Source: Oscillospiraceae bacterium | Lineage (GTDB): Bacteria; Bacillota; Clostridia; Oscillospirales; Ruminococcaceae | Assembly: GCA_045591925.1 (NCBI GenBank) | Contig: JAZNTW010000013.1 | Span: 13,776-77,775, forward strand | DNA: 64,000 nucleotides | Direction: 5' to 3' | In this document: piece by piece, positions 8,771 to 17,866 of the stretch | Layout of the letters: each line of letters starts with the position of its first letter | Position numbering within the stretch: the stretch's first letter is position 1 | Made by a program: the position numbers and the translations under genes | The notes under the pieces: model-generated | What the model saw: the letters and a program-made list of their open reading frames with translations, nothing else | Told to the model about the DNA's origin: nothing | The model's database searches: none

Positions 8771-10291
8771 ATGAAAAAGTTTTTGTTTTTTGTTGCAATA
8801 CTGATTGTCATTGCACTTTGCTTGAAGCCTGTTTCGCGGCATGAAAGCGAAAACAACGGTTTGGAAGAGACATCGAATGCTGCGATTGCAGAGACCAATA
8901 CATTGGACTCCACTATGTCCAGCATCAACGCAACAACAATGTCAAGTGCATACGAATCCGTAGAAGACAGCCCTGCTGAGTCTGCATCCTCTGCAACTGC
9001 ATTAACCGAAACCACCGTGGCGGTACAGCAAGAAACACTTTCAGATTACAATTTCAGAGGTAGCATTTTCGGTGCTAATGGTAATATGCTGGTCTATACG
9101 GACGGTCAGGAGCGCCGTGCCAACACGGAGTACGATGTCGCTTTTGGCAATCTGGTTTCTGACTCATCCGCCGTCAAGTTGGACAGTGTCCTGGGTCCTT
9201 CCGATTATCGGACTTCTAATGCTCCAGCTCTGCTGCGTCAAACAAATCCAACACCGTTTTATCCTGACGGTTATCACCCAATCGGACAGAGTGTAATGCT
9301 GACCGTAGATGAGCAATTACAACTGACAGCCTATGAATATCTGGAATCACACGGTTTCAAGGGATGTATTGTCAAAATGCGTAGCGATGGGGCTATCAAG
9401 GTCGCAGCATCTTATCCGTCTTTTTCGCATAATGCACAGATTAACGGGACAAATAATGCTTTGGCAAATCCTCGTGACGCATTTAACAATCAGTGCTTTA
9501 CCTCAATGCAGCCCGGCAGTGTATTCAAGATTCTGTCGGCAACAGTAGCTGTCAAAAACAACATGACATCATTTGATGACCCTGGGACAATTACTGGCTG
9601 GAAGGTCGAAAACTGGGATTATGCGACCAATCCCGGTCGGTATCCAGTTCGTAGAGATATTCCAACAGCAATCCTCAACTCGAGTAACTGTGTATTCGCA
9701 ACCGTTGCCTATGACCTCGGGGCAACTCGATACCTTTCCGAGTTGGATGCATTGTTCTGTTTTTCATCGCCGATATTAATTGACGGCGTAACAATTACAC
9801 AGACTTCGGATATGAGTACCAACGCCAACCTCGCACGGTGCGGCTACGGTCAAAAAGTCAGCGTGTCACCTGTCTATATGACAGCAGCAGCACTTGGAGC
9901 CGCATCTACCGGTGAAATGGTGCAGCCTTATCTTGTGGACAAGACCTACGATACCTTGCTCTGTACACCGCTTCAACAAATCGGAACAAAGCAGGTACTC
10001 TCAATTATTCCGGAAGAGTTTACGCAGCAGCTCCGTGAAGGTATGCTTGCTGTCAGCGAGAATCTCAGCTTGTACAAGGAAGGATGCTCTGTGCTGACCA
10101 AGACTGGCACTGCCGCTGTAAACCATTCTGGATACACCGATTTCATGAGTATCGTATCTGTTCTCCGAAACGATCAGACAGGAGAATCCGAAGCTCTGAT
10201 GCTGGTTGTTCAAAATCCAAGTGATTTTGGCTACCGATATGCCTCAGATTTCAGAGGAAACATGCAGGAACTAATTGACCTGCTGATGTAA
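8771..10291 (+). CDS. Class-B penicillin-binding protein (transpeptidase)
   Basis: N-terminal membrane anchor. SxxK as PGSVFK, SxN as NSSN, KTG as LTKTGTA. Confidence 0.85.
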   Translation: MKKFLFFVAILIVIALCLKPVSRHESENNGLEETSNAAIAETNTLDSTMSSINATTMSSAYESVEDSPAESASSATALTETTVAVQQETLSDYNFRGSIFGANGNMLVYTDGQERRANTEYDVAFGNLVSDSSAVKLDSVLGPSDYRTSNAPALLRQTNPTPFYPDGYHPIGQSVMLTVDEQLQLTAYEYLESHGFKGCIVKMRSDGAIKVAASYPSFSHNAQINGTNNALANPRDAFNNQCFTSMQPGSVFKILSATVAVKNNMTSFDDPGTITGWKVENWDYATNPGRYPVRRDIPTAILNSSNCVFATVAYDLGATRYLSELDALFCFSSPILIDGVTITQTSDMSTNANLARCGYGQKVSVSPVYMTAAALGAASTGEMVQPYLVDKTYDTLLCTPLQQIGTKQVLSIIPEEFTQQLREGMLAVSENLSLYKEGCSVLTKTGTAAVNHSGYTDFMSIVSVLRNDQTGESEALMLVVQNPSDFGYRYASDFRGNMQELIDLLM

Positions 10292-10363
10292 CAATCCATC
10301 CGGAGCAGTGACGCTGAATGTATGTTCACACTGCTCCGGATCAACAAAAAAGGAGTGTTTCTT

Positions 10364-11803
10364 ATGCTGATTGTGCTGATTATTCTGCTTTCTGCACTAA
10401 CTATCGACGTTTTCATTTGCAGATTGTATGTGAAAAAGCCAGTGGTGTGGATTTCGGATGCGAACAGCAAGCCGGAAAAAAGAGTCTACAAGCTGCAAGC
10501 GGACGGTTCATGTCGGCTCTCCAGGAAGTCCGGTGCTATCATGCAACGTACTGGAAAAAAATATCATGTTCTGGATAATGGCCAAGATACCGTTTTGCAC
10601 AAATGGACTGCCTTGACGCTGTCCGATTCCGGCGAGAGGATTTCTGCACGAAAACACCCACATCGTCTGCCAGTGACCACATTTGTTATAGCTTTTTTCG
10701 TGATGTTGCGCCTGTTGATTGTTCCGCTGGTGTGGCACATTCTCATCGCTCCCGCTTACTGCGAAATGACATTTCAGAACCTTGATTACCATTGGATTCC
10801 AGAAGACGATTTGCCAGCAGAAGATATCAAAACAGAAGAGGATATCTACAATGTTCTTTTGATTGGCACTGATGGGCGTGAAAGTCTGGAACCGCGTTCA
10901 GATGTAATGATTTTGCTTTCAATCAATCGCGGAACTCGGAAAATCAGTGTCATTTCGCTATTACGAGACCTTGGCATATACGCTTTCGACCCATCAGCGC
11001 AGACATTTATGGATGTTGTCAATCAGTCTGGGCTCTCGGCAGATGATCCAAATTTTGAATATGTTAAGCAAATGATGGGTGACAGTAGTCATTACCGCTT
11101 CATGAAACTGAATGAGACCTTTACACTTGCACAGACTTCTCCTGAAACCGCAGGATTACCTGAAAAAGAAGCTGTATATGCTTCTTGCTGTAAAAGTCTC
11201 CTGATGAATATCGAATATTCGTTAGGCATCCGAATCGATGGTTATATTGCGGTTGATTTCAGCGCGGTCAAAGAACTTGTTGATGCAGTGGGTGGTGTCG
11301 ATGTCGACATTCCATCCGAAGAATATGTATCTGCACTCAACGGCGTACTCTCTTTTCAAAATGATTTGTTCGGAGCCGCTGACTGCTTTACTAAGCTAGG
11401 AAAGCAAACCCTGAACGGTAATAAAGCGTTGGCGTATTTGCGGGTTCGGCATGTGGGGCAATGGTCTGATGCGGAACGTTCGACCAGACAGCGGCAGTTT
11501 CTGAAACTATTGCTCAAGCAATGTGTGATGCACTGCACTAATATTGACAAAACAAACCTGAAACAAGCCTGTTCACATATGATGACAAATCTCTCTGAAG
11601 ATGATGCCTATATGCTGCTAAGCACTTTTGTTAATAAATTCTATACATTTCAGTATGACCAGACTATTCCCCGAAAAGGCGAATGGGATGATTATGAGAT
11701 CTCTTATAAAGACGGCGCAACCATCAGTTATATCTACGTTCCTGCATGGATGACACCTCTAGAGCGGCAAATCAAAGAGGAAATCTATCAGGACACAGAA
11801 TAG
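10364..11803 (+). CDS. LytR-CpsA-Psr (LCP) family protein
   Basis: ATG at 10364 after AAAAGGAG. TM helices, then NVLLIGTDGRES...RSDVMILLSINRGTRKISVISLLRDL, typical of LCP domains. Confidence 0.8.
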   Translation: MLIVLIILLSALTIDVFICRLYVKKPVVWISDANSKPEKRVYKLQADGSCRLSRKSGAIMQRTGKKYHVLDNGQDTVLHKWTALTLSDSGERISARKHPHRLPVTTFVIAFFVMLRLLIVPLVWHILIAPAYCEMTFQNLDYHWIPEDDLPAEDIKTEEDIYNVLLIGTDGRESLEPRSDVMILLSINRGTRKISVISLLRDLGIYAFDPSAQTFMDVVNQSGLSADDPNFEYVKQMMGDSSHYRFMKLNETFTLAQTSPETAGLPEKEAVYASCCKSLLMNIEYSLGIRIDGYIAVDFSAVKELVDAVGGVDVDIPSEEYVSALNGVLSFQNDLFGAADCFTKLGKQTLNGNKALAYLRVRHVGQWSDAERSTRQRQFLKLLLKQCVMHCTNIDKTNLKQACSHMMTNLSEDDAYMLLSTFVNKFYTFQYDQTIPRKGEWDDYEISYKDGATISYIYVPAWMTPLERQIKEEIYQDTE

Positions 11804-11814
11804 GAGGATGCATC

Positions 11815-13170
11815 ATGATTCTGTTTGCTGTTTTGCCTGAGTTGCTTATCATACTGCTCTGCTGCGTGATCCAGACAATCACAGCAGCAGACATCATCCC
11901 GATGCTGATGGTCTTCAGTATCATGAAAGTTCTGTACTGCCGAAGGAATCCAGCTTCTTTCCGGCACAATCCCCAGTTGCCCATCGTATGCTTGATGATT
12001 GAATTCGCAACTGTGACATCGCTGTATGCAGGGTACTCAAATACCGGGTCTATCCAGAAAACGGCACTTATTGCTACAATGGCGATGATAGCAGGATATA
12101 CGATGCTTCATAGGCTCAATAAGATTCACATCAATATTCCGTTTATGGCAGGGTATGTTCTTTTGATGGTAGTTTCAGTTATCGGCTTTTTCATCTTTCG
12201 GCTCTGCGCCGATTACGAAATGACCAAGACTTACAACTGGGTGAATCTTGGTTCGGTCACACTGCAATATTCCGAATTGCTCAAGTTAGTCAGCGTGACT
12301 GCATTTGCCATTGCTTGCAGCAACTATCGGAAACATCCAATGGTATTTTTGTATTACTACGGATATCAGGTTTTAAATGTTCTCCTACTGGCACTTTTAC
12401 AAGAATTCGGTACTGCCATGGAGTTCATCTTTGTAACCTGCATCTGTGCTATGCTTGTGTTACCGTTTCCCAAACGCATAAAGCCGATCGGACAGCACCT
12501 CACACAAAGCACCCTTCCGGCAACTACACTTGCGGTGTTATGCATACTCCTTCGGTTCAGCAAAAAGGCACTCACCAAGGTTGATGTATCGGCTTCTGAG
12601 AAGATTGTTTTGGGGCATACACTTCATTTTTGGGACATCCGCTTGAATTCGAATGGCGAGGAAACGCTCAAGGCAGCGGAATGCATGCGAAATTCACCTT
12701 TGGTCAGCGCCAATATGACAAGCTTTCAGAGTTTTCGCACGATGAAACCATCTGTTATGACAGATTATGTGTTTACATTGATGGTAGAAAATTACGGTTG
12801 GCTGATTCCTTCGCTCCTGATTGCACTTTTCTCTGTCGTTATGATTCGTATCACGGTGAAGCATCAACGTAAGGCTGCTGAAGGTGATTTCCTTGATGCA
12901 ATGGCCCTCGGAACTGCAATCTTACTTTTGATTCAAGCCGCCATCCACATTCTCGGTCCATTTCAGTTTTTGCCTTTTTCGGGGATCACGCTCCCCTGGA
13001 TGTCCCAGGGAATGAACAGCCTGATTGTTTGTTCCCTATTGCTAACTACAACAGAAGACTCATCTGCTATCCCGATTGTGCAAACTGAAACAGAGAATGA
13101 TGTCATCCGTCTGAAGCAAGTATCCATTCCAGACGATAATAATGACATGATGGGCGTTGTTGATGATTGA
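11815..13170 (+). CDS. FtsW/RodA/SpoVE (SEDS) family protein
   Basis: ATG at 11815 after AGGAGGA. Polytopic membrane protein. C-terminal FLPFSGITLPWMSQGMNSLIV matches the SEDS signature region. Confidence 0.8.
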   Translation: MILFAVLPELLIILLCCVIQTITAADIIPMLMVFSIMKVLYCRRNPASFRHNPQLPIVCLMIEFATVTSLYAGYSNTGSIQKTALIATMAMIAGYTMLHRLNKIHINIPFMAGYVLLMVVSVIGFFIFRLCADYEMTKTYNWVNLGSVTLQYSELLKLVSVTAFAIACSNYRKHPMVFLYYYGYQVLNVLLLALLQEFGTAMEFIFVTCICAMLVLPFPKRIKPIGQHLTQSTLPATTLAVLCILLRFSKKALTKVDVSASEKIVLGHTLHFWDIRLNSNGEETLKAAECMRNSPLVSANMTSFQSFRTMKPSVMTDYVFTLMVENYGWLIPSLLIALFSVVMIRITVKHQRKAAEGDFLDAMALGTAILLLIQAAIHILGPFQFLPFSGITLPWMSQGMNSLIVCSLLLTTTEDSSAIPIVQTETENDVIRLKQVSIPDDNNDMMGVVDD

Positions 13171-13268
13171 TTGACAGTGACTGACGAACAAATGCTTTCA
13201 CACGGCTTGTGAATAATGAAATCATGCAACAATTTCAGATTACCATTTGCGGATATAGCACGTACAAA

Positions 13269-13318
13269 ATATGCACACCTTATCTTTCAAAGCGTTCACA
13301 AAGATAAGGTGTGCATAT
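13269..13318. terminator. Bidirectional terminator hairpin between convergent SEDS and VanY genes
   Basis: Perfect 18-bp inverted repeat ATATGCACACCTTATCTT / AAGATAAGGTGTGCATAT with a 14-nt loop, flanked by A/T-rich runs. Confidence 0.65.
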
Positions 13319-13369
13319 TGTTTACATTGTATTCTATTTTCTCATGGTATTATTTATCAATCAATCTGC

Positions 13370-13998
13370 CTATGGAGCTTGTTCATCAGGAGTGAGCGGC
13401 GTGCTCAAATACTCTTCCAGTGTAATACCCTTTTCTGAGATTTTCTTTGCGATTGTAACATCTTTTATATAGCGGATATGCCAAGGCTCATAACCGTAGC
13501 CAGTGACGGTCTCCTTTCCAACCAGATAGCGCAGGATGAATCCATAATCCGCTAACCTTGCATGAATGCACTTCCATATTTCTGGATATTGTTCCATTTC
13601 TTCATTCCGATAAACATCCCTGCCATTAATATTCAGATATAAGTCAAGTGCAAGCCCAGTGTGATGTTCGGAATAACTAGGAGCAGCTACATAATTCTTC
13701 ACATATTCTTCTCCATACATCCGCGTGAAGTCATCTACGATTTGCTGTTGTATCTCTATGCTGCGCCATGCGGAATCTAATTCCACTTTCACACCGTCAA
13801 GTTCAAGCACAGCTTTCAGCTTTAGATATGCTTCATAAGTTTCTCTTTCGACCTCAATATCGTTTCCAAGAGAATTGGTTGTGTGAACAAGAACAACAAT
13901 GTCCCGCCAGTTCTCTGGAAGTTTTTTTCTTTATTGACAAGCACTAAGTAATTAATCATTGGCTGCTCTGCCTCAGCTAATGAATGTGACTTAACCAC
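13370..13998 (-). pseudogene. VanY-type D-Ala-D-Ala carboxypeptidase (peptidase M15B) split by a frameshift in a homopolymer
   Basis: SEHHTGLALDL and EPWHIRY metal/active-site motifs lie in ORF 13370..13810. The N-terminal part (GTG 13998 after AAAAGGAGGG; MINYLVLVNKEK) is in another frame. The frames join at the T7 run 13922-13928, and one extra base would give LVNKEKKLPENWRDIVV. Confidence 0.7.
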
Positions 13999-14018
13999 AA
14001 TAGTCCCTCCTTTTCACA

Positions 14019-15194
14019 TCAAAAACCTATGATTCTCAAAGTCTTTTCATCTTCATTTCCTTGACAAAACTTGTCAAGCACCTTCTGAAATACTGATTCT
14101 TCTGGTGCTGCGTGTTTGAATAATGTCATGCAGGAGCGTACCTTGAACGCATCAGGAAATCCGAATACTGACATCGGATCATCCGAAGGTATATTCAACA
14201 ACACCTCGCATATCTCCACCAGCCTTGCTCCCAGGACAGGATGTGCATAGTAGTCGATTGCTTCTTGTAAATCCTTGATCGAAAAGTACGCCGTTGTTCC
14301 GCTGCGTCCAAGTCCCTGAATCTGCGGAAACACATACCAGATCCAGTGAGATACCTTGTATCCCTGCTTCATCTCAGATAGAGCATTATCGTAAGTATCG
14401 CCGAATCCGTAACCGTTGTCCTGCGCATCAATGAACTTTTGAAGGTCAGTGCAGTACAGCTCTATGCCAAGCACACCATATTTTTCCTGATCTTCTCGGG
14501 TGTAGTACTCGTCCATGTGGTTAGGATCAGGGGTATCTGTTGATTTATAGCCGAGTTTTTCTTTCGGCAGTGCCGCGTATAGCTCTGCAAAAGAACTGTA
14601 CTGATGCAATGCGGTTACTCTCGTCTGTAATCTTAGCTTCCCATTATCCAGACAGGTGAACTCGATGAAATCACCGACCTGCACCTTCTGACGCTTTTCA
14701 TCGTATAACCGTAGTTCTATCGTCTTGCTGCCGTTCTTGATCTTTTCAAATGGCGTGCGTTTCAACTTCATTTGATGTAGCTGTGGCTTTCTCGCAAGAT
14801 AAGCGAACAGCGTCAGAGTGATAGCAGGATACGTGAGATTATTGGGAAGCTCTACAAATTCGTGAATTTCAGCCATCTCACTATCCGGCATATTTCCGAA
14901 TTTGTGTATCACAGCATGGAAAACAACGCCGTTTGCACCGTGCCCTGTTTCTTCATGCCACGCACGATAATCACAAAGGGGTCTTATGTCGTATTCAAGT
15001 GCGCCTGACTCTTCATACAGCTCACGCTTTGCTGCCTCAAGCGGTGTCTCGCCTTGCTCGATATGCCCTCCCTGCGTTTCCCATGTATCTCTTTCTTTAT
15101 GACGGCTCAGGACAATTTTGCCGTTGTGTTCTGAAAGCACAACAACGTACTTGTAATCGCCCAAGTAATCAAGTCCATAAACTTTACAAAGCAT
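14019..15194 (-). CDS. Tri-domain fusion: Nudix hydrolase + ASCH + DUF1810
   Basis: Canonical Nudix box GGHIEQGETPLEAAKRELYEESGA. The middle KRTPFEKIKNGSKTIELRLYDEKRQKVQVGDFIEF is ASCH-like. C-terminal SHWIWYVFPQIQGLGRS is typical of DUF1810. Confidence 0.75.
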   Translation of the reverse strand: MLCKVYGLDYLGDYKYVVVLSEHNGKIVLSRHKERDTWETQGGHIEQGETPLEAAKRELYEESGALEYDIRPLCDYRAWHEETGHGANGVVFHAVIHKFGNMPDSEMAEIHEFVELPNNLTYPAITLTLFAYLARKPQLHQMKLKRTPFEKIKNGSKTIELRLYDEKRQKVQVGDFIEFTCLDNGKLRLQTRVTALHQYSSFAELYAALPKEKLGYKSTDTPDPNHMDEYYTREDQEKYGVLGIELYCTDLQKFIDAQDNGYGFGDTYDNALSEMKQGYKVSHWIWYVFPQIQGLGRSGTTAYFSIKDLQEAIDYYAHPVLGARLVEICEVLLNIPSDDPMSVFGFPDAFKVRSCMTLFKHAAPEESVFQKVLDKFCQGNEDEKTLRIIGF

Positions 15195-15229
15195 CTTATC
15201 ATCTCCTGGATACCAACGTAGGCTGTGTT

Positions 15230-16093
15230 TTATTTCTCCAAAGCATTATACAGCTCTGTAATCACATCATCCGGTGAAAATGATGATACAAGGCAAGCTC
15301 CGTTCTTGATTTCATGCCAATCGCCACCAAACTGAAATTCATATACATCCAGATACAGGCTGTATGTTTCCGCATCGGAATCGGGATGATCCCAATGGAC
15401 AATTTGCTCTGTTCCATTTTTCAGCCCTTGTTCGCTGAAATCGTATATCTCAGCATAGCTGATCCCACCCATACATTTATAAAAATGGTCCCCGAGCCAG
15501 AGCTTTTTCGGATAATAGTGCATATCGTTGAGTGTGTCTATCGAAGCTACAAGCTGCAATGAATCATCAGAATAGGTATAAATCATGGTATGATACGAAC
15601 TCGTCAGTGCTAGTTCAGGCGTATCGTCAGCATCAAGATAGATCAATGCGGCGTAGATATCAATGTCATCTTCCATATTACGGTACGCATCATTTCCATC
15701 AAGCATATAGCCGTTTGTGTGCAGATACGCAGCATTATTCAGAAAATCCGCTTGATATTCACCAGTCCACAGCAACTGCTGATATGCATTTGCCCACGGA
15801 ACATCCCAGTAATGCCACTGATTCTCCCATGATTCCAGACCAATAGCCGTTGCAGGCTCGATAGTTGTGGCTTTGGGGACAGTGGAAGCTGTAGTATTAT
15901 CTGATCTTTCGAGCACATCTGGAGACATCTCTGAAGAATCCGCTGAAGATTCAGTATACTGAACTGCGGCGGTGTCTTTCGTAGATGCCTGATGATTTCC
16001 AATCTGATAAAAAGTGAATGCGCAGGCTGCAAACACAACGACATTGATGACAGCATATGTCGCCGGTTTCAGTCTGCGTTTCTTATTTGCCAT
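15230..16093 (-). CDS. Membrane-anchored hypothetical protein
   Basis: 287-aa ORF with ACGGAGGAG upstream, an N-terminal TM anchor, an S/T-rich linker and a Trp/Tyr-rich C-terminal domain. Confidence 0.65.
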   Translation of the reverse strand: MANKKRRLKPATYAVINVVVFAACAFTFYQIGNHQASTKDTAAVQYTESSADSSEMSPDVLERSDNTTASTVPKATTIEPATAIGLESWENQWHYWDVPWANAYQQLLWTGEYQADFLNNAAYLHTNGYMLDGNDAYRNMEDDIDIYAALIYLDADDTPELALTSSYHTMIYTYSDDSLQLVASIDTLNDMHYYPKKLWLGDHFYKCMGGISYAEIYDFSEQGLKNGTEQIVHWDHPDSDAETYSLYLDVYEFQFGGDWHEIKNGACLVSSFSPDDVITELYNALEK

Positions 16094-16105
16094 GTTGCTC
16101 CTCCG

Positions 16106-16336
16106 TTATGATAAAGAAAGGTTCTTAATCGCCCTCTCCACACTCTCAATCAACATCGGTCTCCGCATCTCACTGACCATCTTATCAAAATCGTCTCCGG
16201 CCGGCTCACCGTACATGAGGTTATCACTATCTGTGATGCGAAGCCATGTGAGAGCTTTCTTCAATCCGGTCTCTGTAAATGTATCAAAGCCTTTTGATTG
16301 GAGGAAGGTTAAGTTTGCATCGTGCTGTGTGGGCAT
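16106..16336 (-). CDS. Hypothetical protein (76 aa)
   Basis: AAGGAG upstream; ordinary charged composition, unlike the antisense ORF. Confidence 0.55.
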   Translation of the reverse strand: MPTQHDANLTFLQSKGFDTFTETGLKKALTWLRITDSDNLMYGEPAGDDFDKMVSEMRRPMLIESVERAIKNLSLS

Positions 16337-16367
16337 AGTGGGGTTACTCCTTATAGTTCATAGTCAT

Positions 16368-16616
16368 TTATACGCTTGCAGTGCTTGCTTCGGTTTGGTC
16401 ATCGCTCATGTCAAGGTGGCGTTCAAATATCCTCATTATCTCCTCGGCACATTTCTCACCAATGCCCTTTATAGTACGGATTTCTTTCTCGACCTCACGC
16501 AGTTCAAGAACACGATCTTCGTCCGGAAGAATATTGCTTTGCACCTCCTCGATGCCGCTTCTGCGACCTCGCTCAAAGATGTCGTTGAGCAAGCCTTCCA
16601 TGGTGTTGCGCTCCAT
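16368..16616 (-). CDS. Small helix-hairpin-helix-like protein; reading frame continues upstream across an in-frame TAG
   Basis: IKGIGEKCAEEI is an HhH-like motif. The strong SD (GGAGG) sits before the ATG at 16700, not before 16616. TAG at 16632-16634 interrupts the frame. Confidence 0.55.
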   Translation of the reverse strand: MERNTMEGLLNDIFERGRRSGIEEVQSNILPDEDRVLELREVEKEIRTIKGIGEKCAEEIMRIFERHLDMSDDQTEASTASV

Positions 16617-16894
16617 CTTCTTTATGGCGCGCTAGAGATTGCGGTCAAGAAGAGGGACAGCAACATCATCTGGTGATGCTATTTGATTCATAGTATCCAT
16701 TTTCAGACCTCCGTGCGGTATAACCGTCATAGCTCTTAACAACTCATAATTGCTCTTACTACCAATTATAGCACATCAGCGGTCGATTTTCAAGATGTGG
16801 TTGAGAGAAAGTGTTGAGGCAGGCTGTAAGAAAGTTGTTGAGGCAGAAAAGAAGAAGCGGCTGTGGATGACCACAACCGCTTGATGCCAAAGAT

Positions 16895-17644
16895 CTATTT
16901 AGTGATTTGAGCAATAAAGGGAGCGTACTCCAAGTACGACACTTTTACTGAGTCGCCTAGTTTCATCTGTATTTTTGAATTGGAAATAAATGAAAACACA
17001 CACGAATTCACAGTATATTGTATTTTATAACTGTGGTATCCTTTTGCTTTTGATTGTTCCATAACAATCCCATTTGTAGCTTTACTCGAACGGGACAACA
17101 ATAAATATATAACTGCATACACGCCTATAACAAGGAAAAACATTCCCCAAAAGACGCAGAACATAATGGTAGAAATATATTTAGAGGCATTAGAAGAAAG
17201 ATATAAAAGAATGTTCTTTTCTCCAAGCGAAAACACCGTGATTGCAGCCATGACTACTATAAGACGCTTAAAGAAATACAATCCCGAATCCGAGTCAAAT
17301 GAAATATGCGAATTTTCTGGTTTACTCTTATCATAAAGAATAAGCACGGAATCTCCAACAAATTTCGCACAGTCTTGGGATAAGAGTCTGCATGAGGACG
17401 AATACATTTTGCTGTTCACATTATAATCAATATTAACAATTGATATTTTATTATTGTATAGATTGGTTGAACTAGTTATGCTCGTCACTATTCCTGTAGT
17501 TTCGCATTGACGGCGAAATACATTTATTTTTTTTACTAGCGGAGCAATTGCAAATGCTAGTCCCAATGCATCCATAAGCAAGAACAGTATCATCAGTATT
17601 ATCATAATCATCACCAATACACTAAAAACCAGAATATAATCCAT
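16895..17644 (-). CDS. Polytopic membrane protein (DUF3592-like architecture)
   Basis: 249-aa ORF with alternating TM helices and short beta-rich segments. Last gene of the toxin cassette. Confidence 0.55.
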   Translation of the reverse strand: MDYILVFSVLVMIMIILMILFLLMDALGLAFAIAPLVKKINVFRRQCETTGIVTSITSSTNLYNNKISIVNIDYNVNSKMYSSSCRLLSQDCAKFVGDSVLILYDKSKPENSHISFDSDSGLYFFKRLIVVMAAITVFSLGEKNILLYLSSNASKYISTIMFCVFWGMFFLVIGVYAVIYLLLSRSSKATNGIVMEQSKAKGYHSYKIQYTVNSCVFSFISNSKIQMKLGDSVKVSYLEYAPFIAQITK

Positions 17645-17866
17645 CCAAAATTTCCTAGGGATGTAATTGTAACTTTTACTTCATCCTCTGTTGTTACTGT
17701 GCCGTTTATAACATCGCCTAATCCTCTTGCTGCGGCATCCACAGAAAAAGCAGTCCATCCCATAGCGATATTTGCCATCTCAAACTTGATTATATATTAT
17801 AGCAATGCTCCCTATGATTCTGATTCCAGTAATCGTAAGGAGCATTTACATATTTTCAAGACTTAT

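Noticed and set aside
13922-13928. Programmed ribosomal frameshift in the VanY gene
   Set aside because: There is no slippery heptamer plus downstream structure of the usual kind, and no known precedent for this family. A homopolymer indel (mutation, phase variation or sequencing error) is the simpler explanation.
16014-16676. 220-aa plus-strand ORF
   Set aside because: It overlaps two minus-strand ORFs that have SDs and ordinary charged composition (one with an HhH motif). The plus-frame product is hydrophobic low-complexity sequence with no SD.
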